From the NCBI RefSeq assembly GCF_000372725.1, contig NW_005201984.1, forward strand, positions 1-64,000: a stretch of 64,000 nt of DNA, read 5' to 3'. Shown here one piece after another: positions 10,201 to 22,458 of the stretch (within the stretch, counting starts at the first letter, position 1; every line of letters starts with the position of its first letter). The position numbers and the translations under genes were made by a program. Origin of the DNA: Emiliania huxleyi CCMP1516 (taxonomy: Eukaryota). Under the pieces are notes generated by a model. It made no database searches, had not been told where the DNA came from, and saw only the letters and a program-made list of their open reading frames with translations.

Positions 10201-11147
10201 CTAGATGCGAGACGGGTAGAGCATGACCCGGCACGGGCCGGCGATGGACGAGGGCGGCAGGTTCTTCCGGAACTTGGCGCGCACCACGCCGTTGTTGCCG
10301 TGCGCCCTGCAGACCTTGCCCCAGATGACCCGGAACTTGCTGCCGTTGATCTCCCGCTTGGCCTTGTAGATGTAGGCCACCCTGTGGGGGTGGGGGTGGG
10401 GGTGGGGTGGGGGCGGTGGGCCGCACGCGCAGAGCAGCCGCGCGGAAACGCCCTCCCCAGCCCGACCAACAGACTGCGGGCCCTGGCGTCCGCCTCCTGC
10501 CCGTCCGCCCCTTCACGGCGACGGCACGCCAAACGCCCCTCCCCCCACATCCGGCGGCGTTGCGACGGCGGCAGCAACAGCGCACAGCGCACAGCGCCCT
10601 CCCCTCCCCTCCCTTCCCTTCCCCTCCCCGCCACGAGGGCGCACCGCTTGCCCATGTAAAACTCCGTGTCGCACTTCGAGTTGACATTCTCAATCTTGAT
10701 GAGCGACTGGTTCTCGTACTGGTTCACCTTACTCCTGCGAGGTTGCGGCGCGCGGAGCCAGCCGTCAGGCCGCCCGCCCTCGCAAGCCGAGCCACGCGGC
10801 CGCGCCCGACGCGACGCCCCCCCATGCGCGGAGAGCGGGGGCGGCGCGCCTCTTGTATCCGAGGATACGGCCCTTGCAGTAGAGCGTGCACGGCTCGCCG
10901 ACCTTCTTGACCTGCCGCCGGGGCAAGGGGGCGAGTGGGTTCCCGCGACGCTGCGGCAGCGCGGTTGAAGAGAGGGCAGGGCAGAGCGGGACGACGCCGG
11001 CCGACGACGCAGGGGCCGGGAGGCCACGAAAAGGGGCGGGGGGGCGGACGCGGCCGATCGCCGGCCCGGTGCGCGCCCCTCGCCGCCCCGACGGCGTGAC
11101 GGCGCGACATTCCAGCCGCAGGGGCGGGCTGTCGTGAGGCTCACCAT
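10201..11147 (-). CDS. RPL35A: 60S ribosomal protein L35a (eL33); exons 11147-11145, 10911-10850, 10734-10645, 10381-10201
   Basis: Spliced product [111 protein letters not shown]. Confidence 0.97.
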
Positions 11148-12725
11148 GGCAAGAGCCTCAGCACGCGTCGCTGGTACAAAAGAATTTTCACTTAGTTAGC
11201 GCGGAGCTCGCTAATTTACGCGCAAAAGGATTACGATAACCCGGCACTAACCCGGCACATTTCTGCTCCCGAAGCGGCCGTGCGGTCGGCAGAGTAGAAG
11301 CACGGTGGCTTACCTTTGCCCTTTTCCGACACGACCTCTGAAGGGTCGACATGGGAAAAATTGTGGTCGAACGACTGAACGGTTAATTTGGGGGTTTCTG
11401 CGCCCTTTGACCCAACAACTGAACGGTTGGCTTTGGGAAGGCTGGAAGCCAAGGTGGTGGGCTGGGAAGGGCTGGTTGCAGCCTACAAATCTGCGGAACT
11501 GGGAGTTTACCTTTTGTGCAGGGCGTGAACTGCCGCCGGACCCGAGGCGTGAACCACCGCCTTGCCCTTGGGCCCGTGAACCGGCGCTCTGCAGCCTTTG
11601 ACGCAGGTCGCATGAAAGGCGACTGCCACTCCCCGGGCCGGGCCCTGGCGGGCGGGCGCATGGCGCCCGACCGACGCTCTGCCATGACCTCCGGGAGGTT
11701 GAGTGGCGACCTCGGTGAGGTTTACTTAGTTCGTTCTACGGAGTGACAGCACCTCCGGGCGGTATTAGAACTTTGATTGCTACTCAAGCCACACAAAACA
11801 CAAGAGAGAGTGAAGACCTTATCAGCTGGTCGGCCGCCATTCGGGCCTCCGCTGTAACTGTGTTCGTGCGTCGCCCATCTCTCCTGGAGATGACTGCTCT
11901 ATTTATTTATTATTTAGAAACCCTGTCCTTCTCCCACCCCTCGTTTGGCGTCTCCGTTTTATTTATTTATTTATAGAAAGAAAGATTTACAAGGTTCCAA
12001 CACAGTGGGCAGGGGACTGGCGCGCACTGGCAGTAGATAAGAGGACGGCACGCCGCCACCACACATGTTTCATGTCGCTGTGCACTTCCCTCTTTCGCGG
12101 ACGTCAAGTCCATTTCACTCTCGAGTGTCGGTTTCACCCCGTTTTTGCCCATTTTCGGTCATCCGTCAAAATATCTGAAGATCCTACTATAGGATTCTCC
12201 CCAAACCTTGCTCAGCTGATCCAGCACGGGCCGTAGGCCAGCCCTGGGCAAAGAAACTAGTACCTCATCAGGCTTCCCTGAGCGTCACAGCTCGGTGATC
12301 GCGCCGGCCGGACACCACTGTAGCGTCCGTTCCGGGCATTTGAACACGACCTTCGGGGGCAAAGACATGGGCTCTATGGCTCAGACTGGACTCCTCTTGG
12401 TCCCTTCTGATGCCCTAGGCCACACCTGGGCCTTACCTGCGGCTCTAGGGGCCGCGCAGGGTTTGCCCCCCTAAAGGGGCCCGAAGAACCTTAACAATGA
12501 GAGAGTCTCTCTCGTCTGTCTGCCTCTTGTCTTCTCCGGACGGCGTGGCTAAAAGTGGCTCATGCTCCATGCCGTGAGCAGGCGCCCTATCCTCTTTTTC
12601 TTCGCTCGCTCCTCTGCCCATGCCTTGGTCTTGTCGTTGTTTCTTGTTTCGTACACCATGTCTGTATGGCAATCGAAGCTGCCTTCCCCACTACCTGCAG
12701 TTCACTCGCTGAGAGGGAGTCGAGA

Positions 12726-15700
12726 GAGGGAGGGTGTAGAGGATGTAGAGTGTAGAGCGCTGTAGAGCTGTAGAGTCAGATGTAGAGCGCTCTGGAGCGC
12801 TGTAGAGCTGTAGAGCTCTACATCCGCCGCGGGACGAACTGCCTGCGTTGTAGAGCGATGTAGAGCGCGATTTTGCTGCAGAGTTTGTTGTAGAGGCTCT
12901 ACAGCCAAACCGCCGGGAAGGCAGTGACTCCAAGAGGTCGAGCCGCGTTAATGGGGTGTCTCCGAGCTTACTGGAGCTCTAATGGACGGCCCTGGCTATC
13001 CCTGACACACAGAGAGTCACTCTGACGGCACACAACACCCTATAACTGCGCGAGGCGAGGCGAGCATTCAGCCGGGTGCACCGGAGCCCACCCAAGGGGG
13101 CCCGGGAAGGGTCACGCTGGCGCTCAGACGGCCCCTCGCGGCGCCACGGCGGTACCTTCCGGTCCGTAGGTGTTATATAGGATGTGTACTGCCCAGAGAG
13201 CACTTCTAAGCCACCACTGGGACCATAGTGGACGGACACACCGCCTCAGCCGGCCCGGCGGGCTCCCGACCAGAGCCCGTCCGGAGGCCACAAACGGACA
13301 CTCTACCGACCTCTACACCCCTAGACAACCCACTCCGACTAGCATACGGTGTCGGCCCGACCGCCCTGCGGCTCCAGCTACCAGCTGGCGCCGCTCGTCC
13401 CGGCTGGAGGCGCCTGGGGCGCCAAAAATCGCGGAGCCGGCGACGTCCTCCAGCCGGCAGCCGGATCGGGCGTCCGACCCGCCCCCTCGGCGACCCGAGA
13501 TGGTCTCCCCGACCCCCGAGGCTTGGCGCACCGCGGGAGGGGGGCAGCCCAGCCACCCTGCACCGCCCAGGCCGCCCTCTGCGAGCCCAGGCGCGCCGTC
13601 GAGAGTGCCGACGCGATGTCGACGATTTTGGCCTGCGAGACGGGGGCGAGGAGCGGTGTGAGGGCGCCATGTGCCTGGACGACGGGCTACGGGGCCGCTA
13701 CACGGGCCGCAGAGCTTACCAGCACCGGCGCGGTGGCGCTGGTAGCGATGGTGCTGCTTGTGGCCGCCTTTGGCAGTACCTGACCGAGGGCTGACTCGCG
13801 ACGGCAACGGGGCGGCGAGCCGGGTGGCGGGGTGCGGGGAGGAAGGAGGGGACGCGCCACGAGAGGGAGGGAGGGGCGCTCTTACGTCTCGCTGGCCCGC
13901 CCCGCCCCCCGCGGGGTCGGGATGGTCGGTGGTGCTGCTCTGGGCGGTCGTCCCGTGTCGCCAGACCGGTCCTGCGGCGGAGTCGGAGGGTGAGGGGCAG
14001 GGGACGGTACGGTTGTGCGGCGGAGGGGACGCGCATCGCGCAGCTCGCAGCAGCCCGAGAGGGCCTGAGCCCGGCCAGAGAGTTACCCATCGCTCGGGCG
14101 GAAGAGACAGCGTCGCTGGGGCTGGGCTCCGCGGCCATCTTGTACGCTCGGTGCACGCCTGACCCGGGAGGGGGAGGGGGAGTGGGGACGCGCGCGCCTT
14201 CGAGTAAGCACTCGTGGCGCCGGCCGGCTCGCAGGGGCCGCCAGCGCCGCTACGGAGGCGCTGCCCGCCGGGAAGGTGCTCGGGAGGGGCGCTGGTTGCG
14301 CCCCGGCGGCGCCTGCGGCCGGAGCGACGTGGGCTTGGGCCGTGTGAGCGGCGCGGGCGAGAGAGGGACGGCGCGCGGCTCCCAAACGAGCCGCACGGGC
14401 TTCGTCTGGGCCGCCGAGGTCACCACCTTGGCCGCGGCGGCGGGCGAGATGGCGAGGTGTGCCGAGGCAAGCGTCAAACGTGACGCCTTGCGCCCCTGAG
14501 GAGGGACGAGTGCGTGGGGTGCCACGGGCGGGGGGGGAGCGGTGAGAGGAGAGCGGTGGGCACCCCCGCGAGGGGCTGCGCGGACGCCGCCTGCCCCCCC
14601 GACCCCGCCACTGACGGTGTGGGGGCGGCACGGTCGAGGGCGCTGGCCGAGCGGGCCGTCCTAGTCGCCCGATCGGTGCTCAGCCGGCCGGATACCGCGC
14701 CGCAGAGCAGCCCGAGAGCACCTCAACTTTCCGACCCGCGATGTGGCCGGCTCGGCCGACCCGAGCGTGGTCCATAGCGGTGGCAGTCCTACTGATGATT
14801 AGGTTGAAGAGGAGTAAGCTCCAGTGGGCAAGGGGGCAGTTAGGGGGGCGGTGGCGGCGGTGCAGCTGGTGCTACGGCGGCAGCGTCGAGAGTGCAAGTG
14901 TAAGGAAGCGACTACAACGGAGTCTCTACCGGCGATATGGGGGGCTACGACGGCGGGAGAGCTCTCTCTCTCTCGCCGCCCCCCGGGCCGTCTCGAAGGA
15001 CCGCGCAGCCCAAGCCCTGAGGCCTTGCTGTCGAGGGCAGATATTCTCCCCGGAAGGCCTCCAGCCGCCACCTCGGGTGGCAGTGACGGTGCCGCGTAGG
15101 GGAGGCAGCACGAGTCCCCCCCTCCGACGAGTAGCGCACAGCTGGACTCGGCTAGGGCCTATGGGCGTCGACCATGATGAAGCCGTCACTCCGCAGCCGC
15201 AGCAGCTGCTTTGCCCGCCGTCCGCCTCCGCCAGGCCACCCCTGCACGTGTGGGCAGGCGGCGGCAACGCCTATCGCCCGACGGGGAGGGGCTGAGAAAC
15301 GAACGACGCATCGACCGAGAAGTCGCGCCGAGTGGCGTTATTGCGGCCGATAGCACCTACTCGGGCCTAGACCGGTCCCCTTCCGAGCGATGAGTCGCAG
15401 TATCGGCTCTGAGACGAGGGTTTGGGCTCCGCGATGGGCAGCGGCGACTAGAGCCTTGCCCAAGTTGGACCACTTTCTCTAGCTGCGCACCATTTCGCGC
15501 GTGGAGTTTTGCCGAACTATGGTGTGCATAGGCTGCTGGCGTGGGGCGACCGGGTCTCACAGTGGGGCATCTCGACAGGAGATGAGTGGAGATGCCCAAC
15601 GGCGCTCGGCGCGAGTCGGGGTGCATCGGCTGCCGGCGTGTGTGTACGATCGAGGATGACGCACGAGGGTCGCCCCCCCTGCCTGACAGCCCTGACGCCC

Positions 15701-16733
15701 TTCACTTCGCCGAAGCCGGGAGTGGCATATGCGCTGCGTCACGCTCACGAACAGCCGTGCGCAAGTGGCGATGAGCGAGGCCTATGAGCAGTATGAGTGC
15801 AACGCGCTGACGCGGAGCTGAAGTTGAACGATTTTCAGCAAAACGCGCCCAAACCCTTGGGGACACCTCTCGGGTGGGCTCGGGTGCACCCGGAGACGCG
15901 TTGCATGCGCCATGACTCGCGCCAGCGCGTGCGGGAGCTCCTGGCTGAGCGTTGAGTCCAGGCGAGTTGCGCTGGCCACTATCGCTACGCCGAGCCGAGC
16001 TGACGCGCCGAGGCGCCGGCCAGTCGCAGCCGTGAGGCATGCCACAGCAGCAGCGGCACCTGCCACCCATTGGGCGGGCAGACAGAAGGCCAGGGCAGCA
16101 CTGGCAAGTGCAACGCGCCTCATGTCGGAGAGCGACCATGCCTCTTTCGCCGCTTAAATGACGTAGAGTTTGTTGTAGAGATTTGAGCACTTGAGCACTG
16201 GATAGGGTCGATTCCGCATGGTACGGGACCCCATGAACACCCCAGTGCATGCCGTTCGCCACATGGGCTGCCATCGGCATGCACAAGGCGCAAGCTCACC
16301 GAACGGCGGGAGGTGTACGCGACCCAGAAGAAATCGGGCCGTGTCGTTCCCTCCGCTGGAGAGAGGTCCATCAGTTCCCGTTCCCCAGGACCTCCTCTCC
16401 AGCTGCGACCGTGGATCACAGCAAGACCATGAGAGTGCTCAACATGCTACAAGAGGAGCTCGTTCAGCTGGATCCGGGGCAGTCGGATGCACTGCCTCAC
16501 TGGGCCTGAGAACACCGCACGACATTTTGGGACCCCATCACTCGGCTCCAGGATCGAGGTGCACACCGCCGAGGGACGCCGGAGGGTAGATCGGGCGGTG
16601 TGTTGAAGCCATCTGATTAATTCCAATTTCCTCCTGTGCAAGAGCGGAGAGGGCTCGGACGGCGCGTGGCAGGGGAGGGCAGGCAGGGAATGGGCGCGGG
16701 GGAGGGAGCGCTCTACAGTCTACACCCTCCCTC
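12726..16733. mobile_element. Long-TIR (TGTAGAG-rich) non-autonomous DNA transposon, disrupted by nested insertions
   Basis: Left end GAGGGAGGGTGTAGAGG..., truncated right end TCTACACCCTCCCTC. 12726-13068 and 15897-16184 match contiguous parts of the 49948-50827 element. Confidence 0.8.
13069..15896. mobile_element. Nested ~2.8 kb TIR element with no recognisable transposase
   Basis: Imperfect ~28-bp TIRs CCGGGTGCACCGGAGCCCACCCAAGGGG (13072-) / CCTCTCGGGTGGGCTCGGGTGCACCCGG (-15893); absent from the homologous site at ~50387-50393. Confidence 0.75.
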
Positions 16734-16972
16734 ACTCACTCTACACTCACTCAGTCAGTCAGTCAGTTCATTCACTCGTCACCTCTCCGGCGAGCTGCCC
16801 TCTCTTTCTTTCGCGGGAAGGGAGTCTGTCAGTGCGGGCAGCGTGCAGGCGTTACCATTCCCGGCGCGGCGGGCGGGCCGCTTGCGCGAGGCGACCTTAT
16901 TTAGCAAAAGACAGAAAGAAGAAAAACAGACCCGGCCCCGCCAAATCATAACCGTCAACGGTATCACGCTCA

Positions 16973-18797
16973 ATGGCTCCGAAGACTCGCCGCTCCTCCT
17001 CGCTCGACCCGGTGACGCGCCCCTCGTCGTCGTCGTCCGACGTGCAGCCTCGCGGTGGCAAGCGGCAGGTGCCTGGCCGCCTGCGCCTCCACCGCCCGCG
17101 CCCGCCGCACGCGCTTCCCGCCTCTTTCGCCACCGCACCGCACCGGCCTGAGCACCCTCCACCTGCCCCACACAGCGCGACGGTGTGGTCGCGGAGGCGC
17201 TGCCGCGCATGACGAGGGCCAAGTCGGCCGCCGGTAAGCCTCCGACGTCGCCCCCGCCGTCCTCGTCGAGTGCCGATGGCGTGTCGGCCTCCGCTCAGCG
17301 GGACGCCAGACGGCAGGCCATCCTCGAGGCGGTGCGGAGAAACCTGGGCAACGACGCCGAGGAGGCGCCAGTCGGCGCACCGCTCTGGGCCGACGGCGTC
17401 CCAGCCGAGTGCATCGGTGGCGCTCCGTACATCCAGGCGTCAGCCAACCGCCTCCGACGTGATCCCAACGCCTCCGCTAACTCACCCGACGCCCGCCTGC
17501 AGGGCCGCAACTCGTTCGACCCGTACGCGCTGGAGGGGCAGCAAGCCGTGCGCGAGCTCGAGCGCTCGCAGGCGCACGCCCTCAAGCTCCACTCCCTGCG
17601 GCTGCAGCCCGACATCGACGCCAACATGCGCAGCATCCTCGTCGACTGGCTCATCGAACTCTCGCGAGAGTACAAGCTCTCGGCGCGCGCCTCTGCTGCC
17701 CACCCCCCCCCCCCCCTCCCCCCGCCCCTGCTCACGCCAGCCCGGGGAGCTCCCTTCTCCTCGCTCGCGCTGCCCCCCTCACATCGCCGCGCCCCCACCT
17801 GCTTCCTTGCCGCCCGCCCACGCCGGCCCCGCCACCGCCGCAGGAGGAGACGCTTCACCTCGCCGTGCAGTACCTCGACCGCTTCCTCTCCCTCGTGCCC
17901 CTCCGCCGCTCCAAGCTGCAGCTGGTCGGCGTCACCTGCGCCTGGGTCGCCGCCAAGTACGAGGAGCGCCTCCCGCCCCCCCTCGACGACTTTGTGGAGG
18001 TGCGGCAGTTGCCTGTCCCCGCCCGCCCTCGCCTCGCACGCCCTCGCCTCCTCGCACGCCCTCTCCCTGCCGGCCATGGCGGCCGTGTCCCGGCGGCTCT
18101 CGCCCTGGCCCGGGAGACAAGAGACGATGCGCACCCCCATGTCCATGTGGCACGCCCCAGTGTGAGCCGACCCTCCGCCCTCGAGTCCACCCCGCCGCCG
18201 TGCCTGCAGGCTACCGCCGCCGCCTTCCAGCGAAGCGACCTCGTGCGCATGGAGGGGCTCATCCTCTCGACGCTTCGCTTCAACCTCTCCGCCGTCACGC
18301 CCGCCTCCTTCGTCCGCCGCTTCACCGCGCTCATGCCGCCCTCGGTGCTCTGCCGCGACGAGTCGCTCCTGGCGAGGTATGTGCTCGAGCTGGCGCTGCA
18401 GGACCAGCGCTGCCTCAAGTACCTGCCGTCCGCCCTCGGCGCGGCCGCCCTCTGCCTCGGCAAGCTGATCCACCTCTACCGCTCGCGGCTCAACCTCTCC
18501 GACCCCGCCGAGGACGAGCGCGCCGCACCCCGCAGCGGCCTCTCCGCGCGCCCCTTCCCTGGCCAGACGCACCTCGCGAGGCTGGCGCGCGAGGCGCTCT
18601 CTGCGGTGCAGCTCTCCAAGTACGCGGCGCGCGACCTCTGGCCGTGCGTGACGCACTTGCACGAGCTCGCCGTCGCCGCGCCCGAGCGGCTCGAGAAGGC
18701 GTCGTGGGAGAAGGCGTCGATCCTCCTCGGCGCCGAGCAGCTCGTGCCGCCGCCGCTGCTCCCGCCCATCGACGCTGTCCTCGAGCTCCCGCGGTGA
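16973..18797 (+). CDS. Cyclin (A/B-type fold); exons ~16973-17068, 17177-17682, 17844-17999, 18210-18797
   Basis: Cyclin box [100 protein letters not shown]. Confidence 0.93.
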
Positions 18798-19127
18798 GGC
18801 GGCAAAGTGACCGTTTTGGAGCCAGCCCCCGATTGGGCTGGAACATAACCCTAACGATACTGGAGCGGGCGGGCGGAAGCGCCCCCCCCCCCCCCCCCCT
18901 CGGGGTTGCATGTACGGTATGTGTTAGAGCGCCGCGCACCGGCGTAGAGAGAGATTAGGGGCGCATATGCACCGGGGCGCTCGAGTAATATGGTGTTCCG
19001 GTTTGCCGCGCAGAGATCCCCGGAAAGGAAAAGCTGCAGCGCGACCGACTTGGCAACCACAAACACCTCCAGCTCCACACGTGCGCATCTCCCCCCACAT
19101 GGCGTGGGGTGCAAGGTGCATGCGGAT

Positions 19128-19495
19128 CAGTGTTCAAACTTTACCGGTATGGGAGTTTTTGGCTAATCAAACCCAAGGCCTGCACTAATCAAAAAGTGGT
19201 ACGGGATACCAGTTGCCTCACGGAAATCAAAGCGAGTCGGAGTGCCTTCTTGGTGGCAAAATCGGCAAAATCGGCAAAATACCCGGTGTATTTTGCGGGT
19301 ATACCTGGAAAAACCCGGGTATACCCGGGTAATACCCGCACTTTTGTATGATTTTGCCCCCGGGACCACACCGACAGCCGCTACAACTAATGAAAACCCC
19401 GCATACCACTTTTGCATACCACTATACCATACCACTCCAAAACTAATCCAAATATCACCAAATACCGGTCTCATACCGGTAAAGTTTGAACACTG
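19128..19495. mobile_element. hAT-type MITE (368 bp)
   Basis: Perfect 24-bp TIR CAGTGTTCAAACTTTACCGGTATG / CATACCGGTAAAGTTTGAACACTG; 8-bp TSD ATGCGGAT (19120-19127, 19496-19503). Confidence 0.95.
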
Positions 19496-19681
19496 ATGCG
19501 GATGGGGATGCGCGATCTACGTTTAACTACGTATGTAGGCGTATCTCTGTGACTCTGTCGACTGTGTGTGGAGTGTTGAGTAGTGTATTGTGTTTTAATT
19601 CCTTTTTTGCGCGTCTCTGTGAGGTGTTATAGAGGCTCTAAGAAATGCATATGCGAGATGCCATTGTATGTCATGTCCTGT

Positions 19682-20106
19682 CATAGTCTGAGGGTATCCT
19701 AAAAGTTCGGCCGATTTGGGTCAAAACGCTACGCTAAAAGCACGCCTAGGCGTAGAGTTGGGGCAAAACGACAAAAGTGGGCCCGCCCGGGGCAAAATGG
19801 TAAAAGTTACCTAAAAGTCGCGCGCCGCAGGCACGCAAAAAAATTGCGAGGGGCGCTTTCGAGGCGAGCAGCACAGCATTTTTCTAGCCATAGTGTGCGG
19901 GAACTACTTCGCGGGACAATAGCTACTATACTTACTGCACCTCCGGCGCGCGAGCCTCCGGCCCGGAGCGCCGAATTTTTTTTGAGACGAAATGCTAAAA
20001 GTTAGGCGCTCCGAGACGATCGAAGTGATAAAAGTCGCACTCTCCCCTGACCCGATCAAAAGTCTAGAAGCACCCGAGGCTCCAGAAACCTAACCCTCAG
20101 ACTATG
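19682..20106. mobile_element. hAT-type MITE (425 bp)
   Basis: 14-bp TIR CATAGTCTGAGGGT / ACCCTCAGACTATG; 8-bp TSD TGTCCTGT (19674-19681, 20107-20114); internal TAAAAGT repeats. Confidence 0.95.
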
Positions 20107-21117
20107 TGTCCTGTACAGTCAGTACGTACGTGAAACACCTGCGGCGACAAACAACAGAAGGAGAACATGCAATTTGTATGGTCCGACATGTCAGCGGCGG
20201 GCGTCATGCAGTGGGCGGATCGAGTGGGCGGATGGACTCCAGCCCCACCTGCAGCTGTGCACCCCTCAATACGACGCGCGGTGCATGCTGGTACGTGGGT
20301 ACGAGACGGGTCGGCGTGCACGTGCTGCTGGTGCTCTACGCAGAAGATGGGGGTCCACACCGCAGAGGTGCCACGGCATCGGCTATCGACGCCTCCCCCG
20401 TGTGCATGTACGGCCGTCCCGTCGAGCTCCTGTCGGTCGGTCAGCGGCACCTCGCCTCCACATCCAGCCACCCACATGCAGCCTGCATGCGCGCGCCCAC
20501 TCGAAGCTCGACCTGCCACCTACTCACGTGGTCGCTTGGCCGCCGGCATCAGCAATGCTTGGAGCGGGCTCGCCTGCTTGCGGGGCGCCTCGAAATACAC
20601 GTATGCCGCCTGCTGCTGCCCTTTAGCCGACTGGCGTTGCCCCTGGGCGGGCGGGTTCAGCTGCGACAGCAAGTCCACCACCTGCGCCTCCTTGCCCAGC
20701 GGCATCTCATCCTGAGAGGCCTCCTCTTGTGACGACGAGTCGCCGGGCCACAAGGGCGGCGGCTGCTGCGTCGCCTCTTGGGACTCGTTCTCCTCTGCCT
20801 CCTCCGCCGCTTCCGCAGCCGCCTCCGGCTCCGACAGCCTACCCTCGGCCCGTGTCTCCGACACCGATACCACGCCGTTCGCCACCGCCGCCACTGCCGT
20901 CCCCGCCACTGAGCCTACCGCCGCGGCCGCCTCGCCCACCTCACCGCCCTCCTCCTCCTCCTTGGCAATCGGTACCCAAAATCGCCCTCGTGTCATCGCC
21001 TCCGTTGCCTCTAATATCGGCGGTGGCGTGCTGCTATACCTCTGCCTTCCGTCGAATTCCGAATTTATGGGGGCTTGCTAGGATACCCTGTAACTTGCCT
21101 GGTTTTTAGTTCCCTGT

Positions 21118-21243
21118 NNNNNNNNNNNNNNNNNNNNNNNNNNNNNNNNNNNNNNNNNNNNNNNNNNNNNNNNNNNNNNNNNNNNNNNNNNNNNNNNNNN
21201 NNNNNNNNNNNNNNNNNNNNNNNNNNNNNNNNNNNNNNNNNNN
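21118..21243. other. Assembly gap (N run)
   Basis: Ns. Other gaps at 34232-34864 and 36729-36828. Confidence 1.
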
Positions 21244-22458
21244 GGGGGGGGGGGGGGAAGGCGCCTTGGTCGGCAAGTTGCGCAGCCGCGTGATGGCGTG
21301 GAAGACGAGGGTGGTGCAGTAGGGCAGCGCGACGGGCACCCGCTCGCCCTCTGCGGCGCGGGACAGCGCGTTGAGTGCGTGCTCCACGTCTCCGGTCGTG
21401 GCGACCTCGGGCGTGATGAGCAGGAAGAGCGACGGCCTGTAGGACGGCGGGGTGGTGGGGTGGTGGGGGTTGGGGTTTGGGGGCGGCCCACCACGGCGAG
21501 GGCCGATGCGAGGGGTGGAGCGGCGTGGGGGCGCGCCTGTCGCGCCCGAGCCGCTCCGAGAGGGCGAGGTCGCCCAGCCGGAGGAAGAACTCGGCCGAGC
21601 CGCGCTTGCGGGAGCGGTCGAGCGACACCTGACCGCAGGCATGCAGAGGCGGCAATGGGCGCGGGCGGGCGTCCTGCGGGTGGGGACGGGGGCGAAGCGG
21701 CCGCCTCCGCCCTGTGTGCTGGCGCTGGGGGAGAAGGGGAGGGAGGGGTGGAATACGGGGGTGCGTGCCGAACCTCGACTGGCGTGGCGGCTTGCAGCGC
21801 CGCTCGGCTCTCGCGGCGCGGCCTGCCCGCGGCGTATGAAAAGAGGAGCGGCGACGAGCCCGACTGGACCCTCTCCCGCTCCTGGCGAGGGACGGAGCCG
21901 CGCGCGGGTCGGCGAGAGGAGGGAGGATGGGCTGGTGTGTAGGGCGGGTGGAGTCTGCGAGGTCGAGAGGCGCACCCCGAGTGCGAGCGACTCGAGAGCG
22001 GGCCGGTTAGTCGGAGCCACCATCAGCGCCGCCTTGAGCTGCATGCCCTGCCGGAGACGCTTGCCAGCCGTCGCCTCGACTTGCACGCGGATGGCAAAGG
22101 AGCTCTGGTTGGAGAGGACGCGCTGCTTGTCGCCCGTCCGCTTGTCCACGTCCATCCGGTGCCACTCCTGTGCGACCACCCGCAGCTGAATCCCCGCCCA
22201 CCTGCCGCTGCGCGATGTCTTCGTCCCCGGGCTCGCGTAGTCCGGCGTCAAAAGGTCGAGCAGGCTGAGCGCCGCCGCCTGGTCGGACGAGCCGCCCGGT
22301 CCTCCGCCGGCTTGTTCCGGCTCAGGCGGCGGCGGCGGCGGCCTCGGGACGGCGACAGGGACGAATGATCGCCCCTCGAAGACGTACTTGGCTGTGAGAG
22401 GACCTGGTCTCGGACACGTCGGGCGGTCGGGCCCGAGCGTCTCTCCGCAGACCAGCAT
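21244..22458 (-). CDS. Hypothetical intron-containing protein running into the gap
   Basis: Protein-like segments (WAGIQLRVVAQEWHRMDVDKRTGDKQRVLSNQSSFAIRVQVEA; VSLDRSRKRGSAEFFLRL; PSLFLLITPEV..YCTTLVFHAITRL) interleaved with pyrimidine-rich intron-like tracts. 20520-20996 may be its 3' end. Confidence 0.5.

Noticed and set aside
17270..18958. Long alternative-frame and antisense ORFs over the cyclin (likewise 36726-38792 over RTF1)
   Set aside because: Shadow ORFs expected from high third-position GC; low-complexity R/P/A translations.
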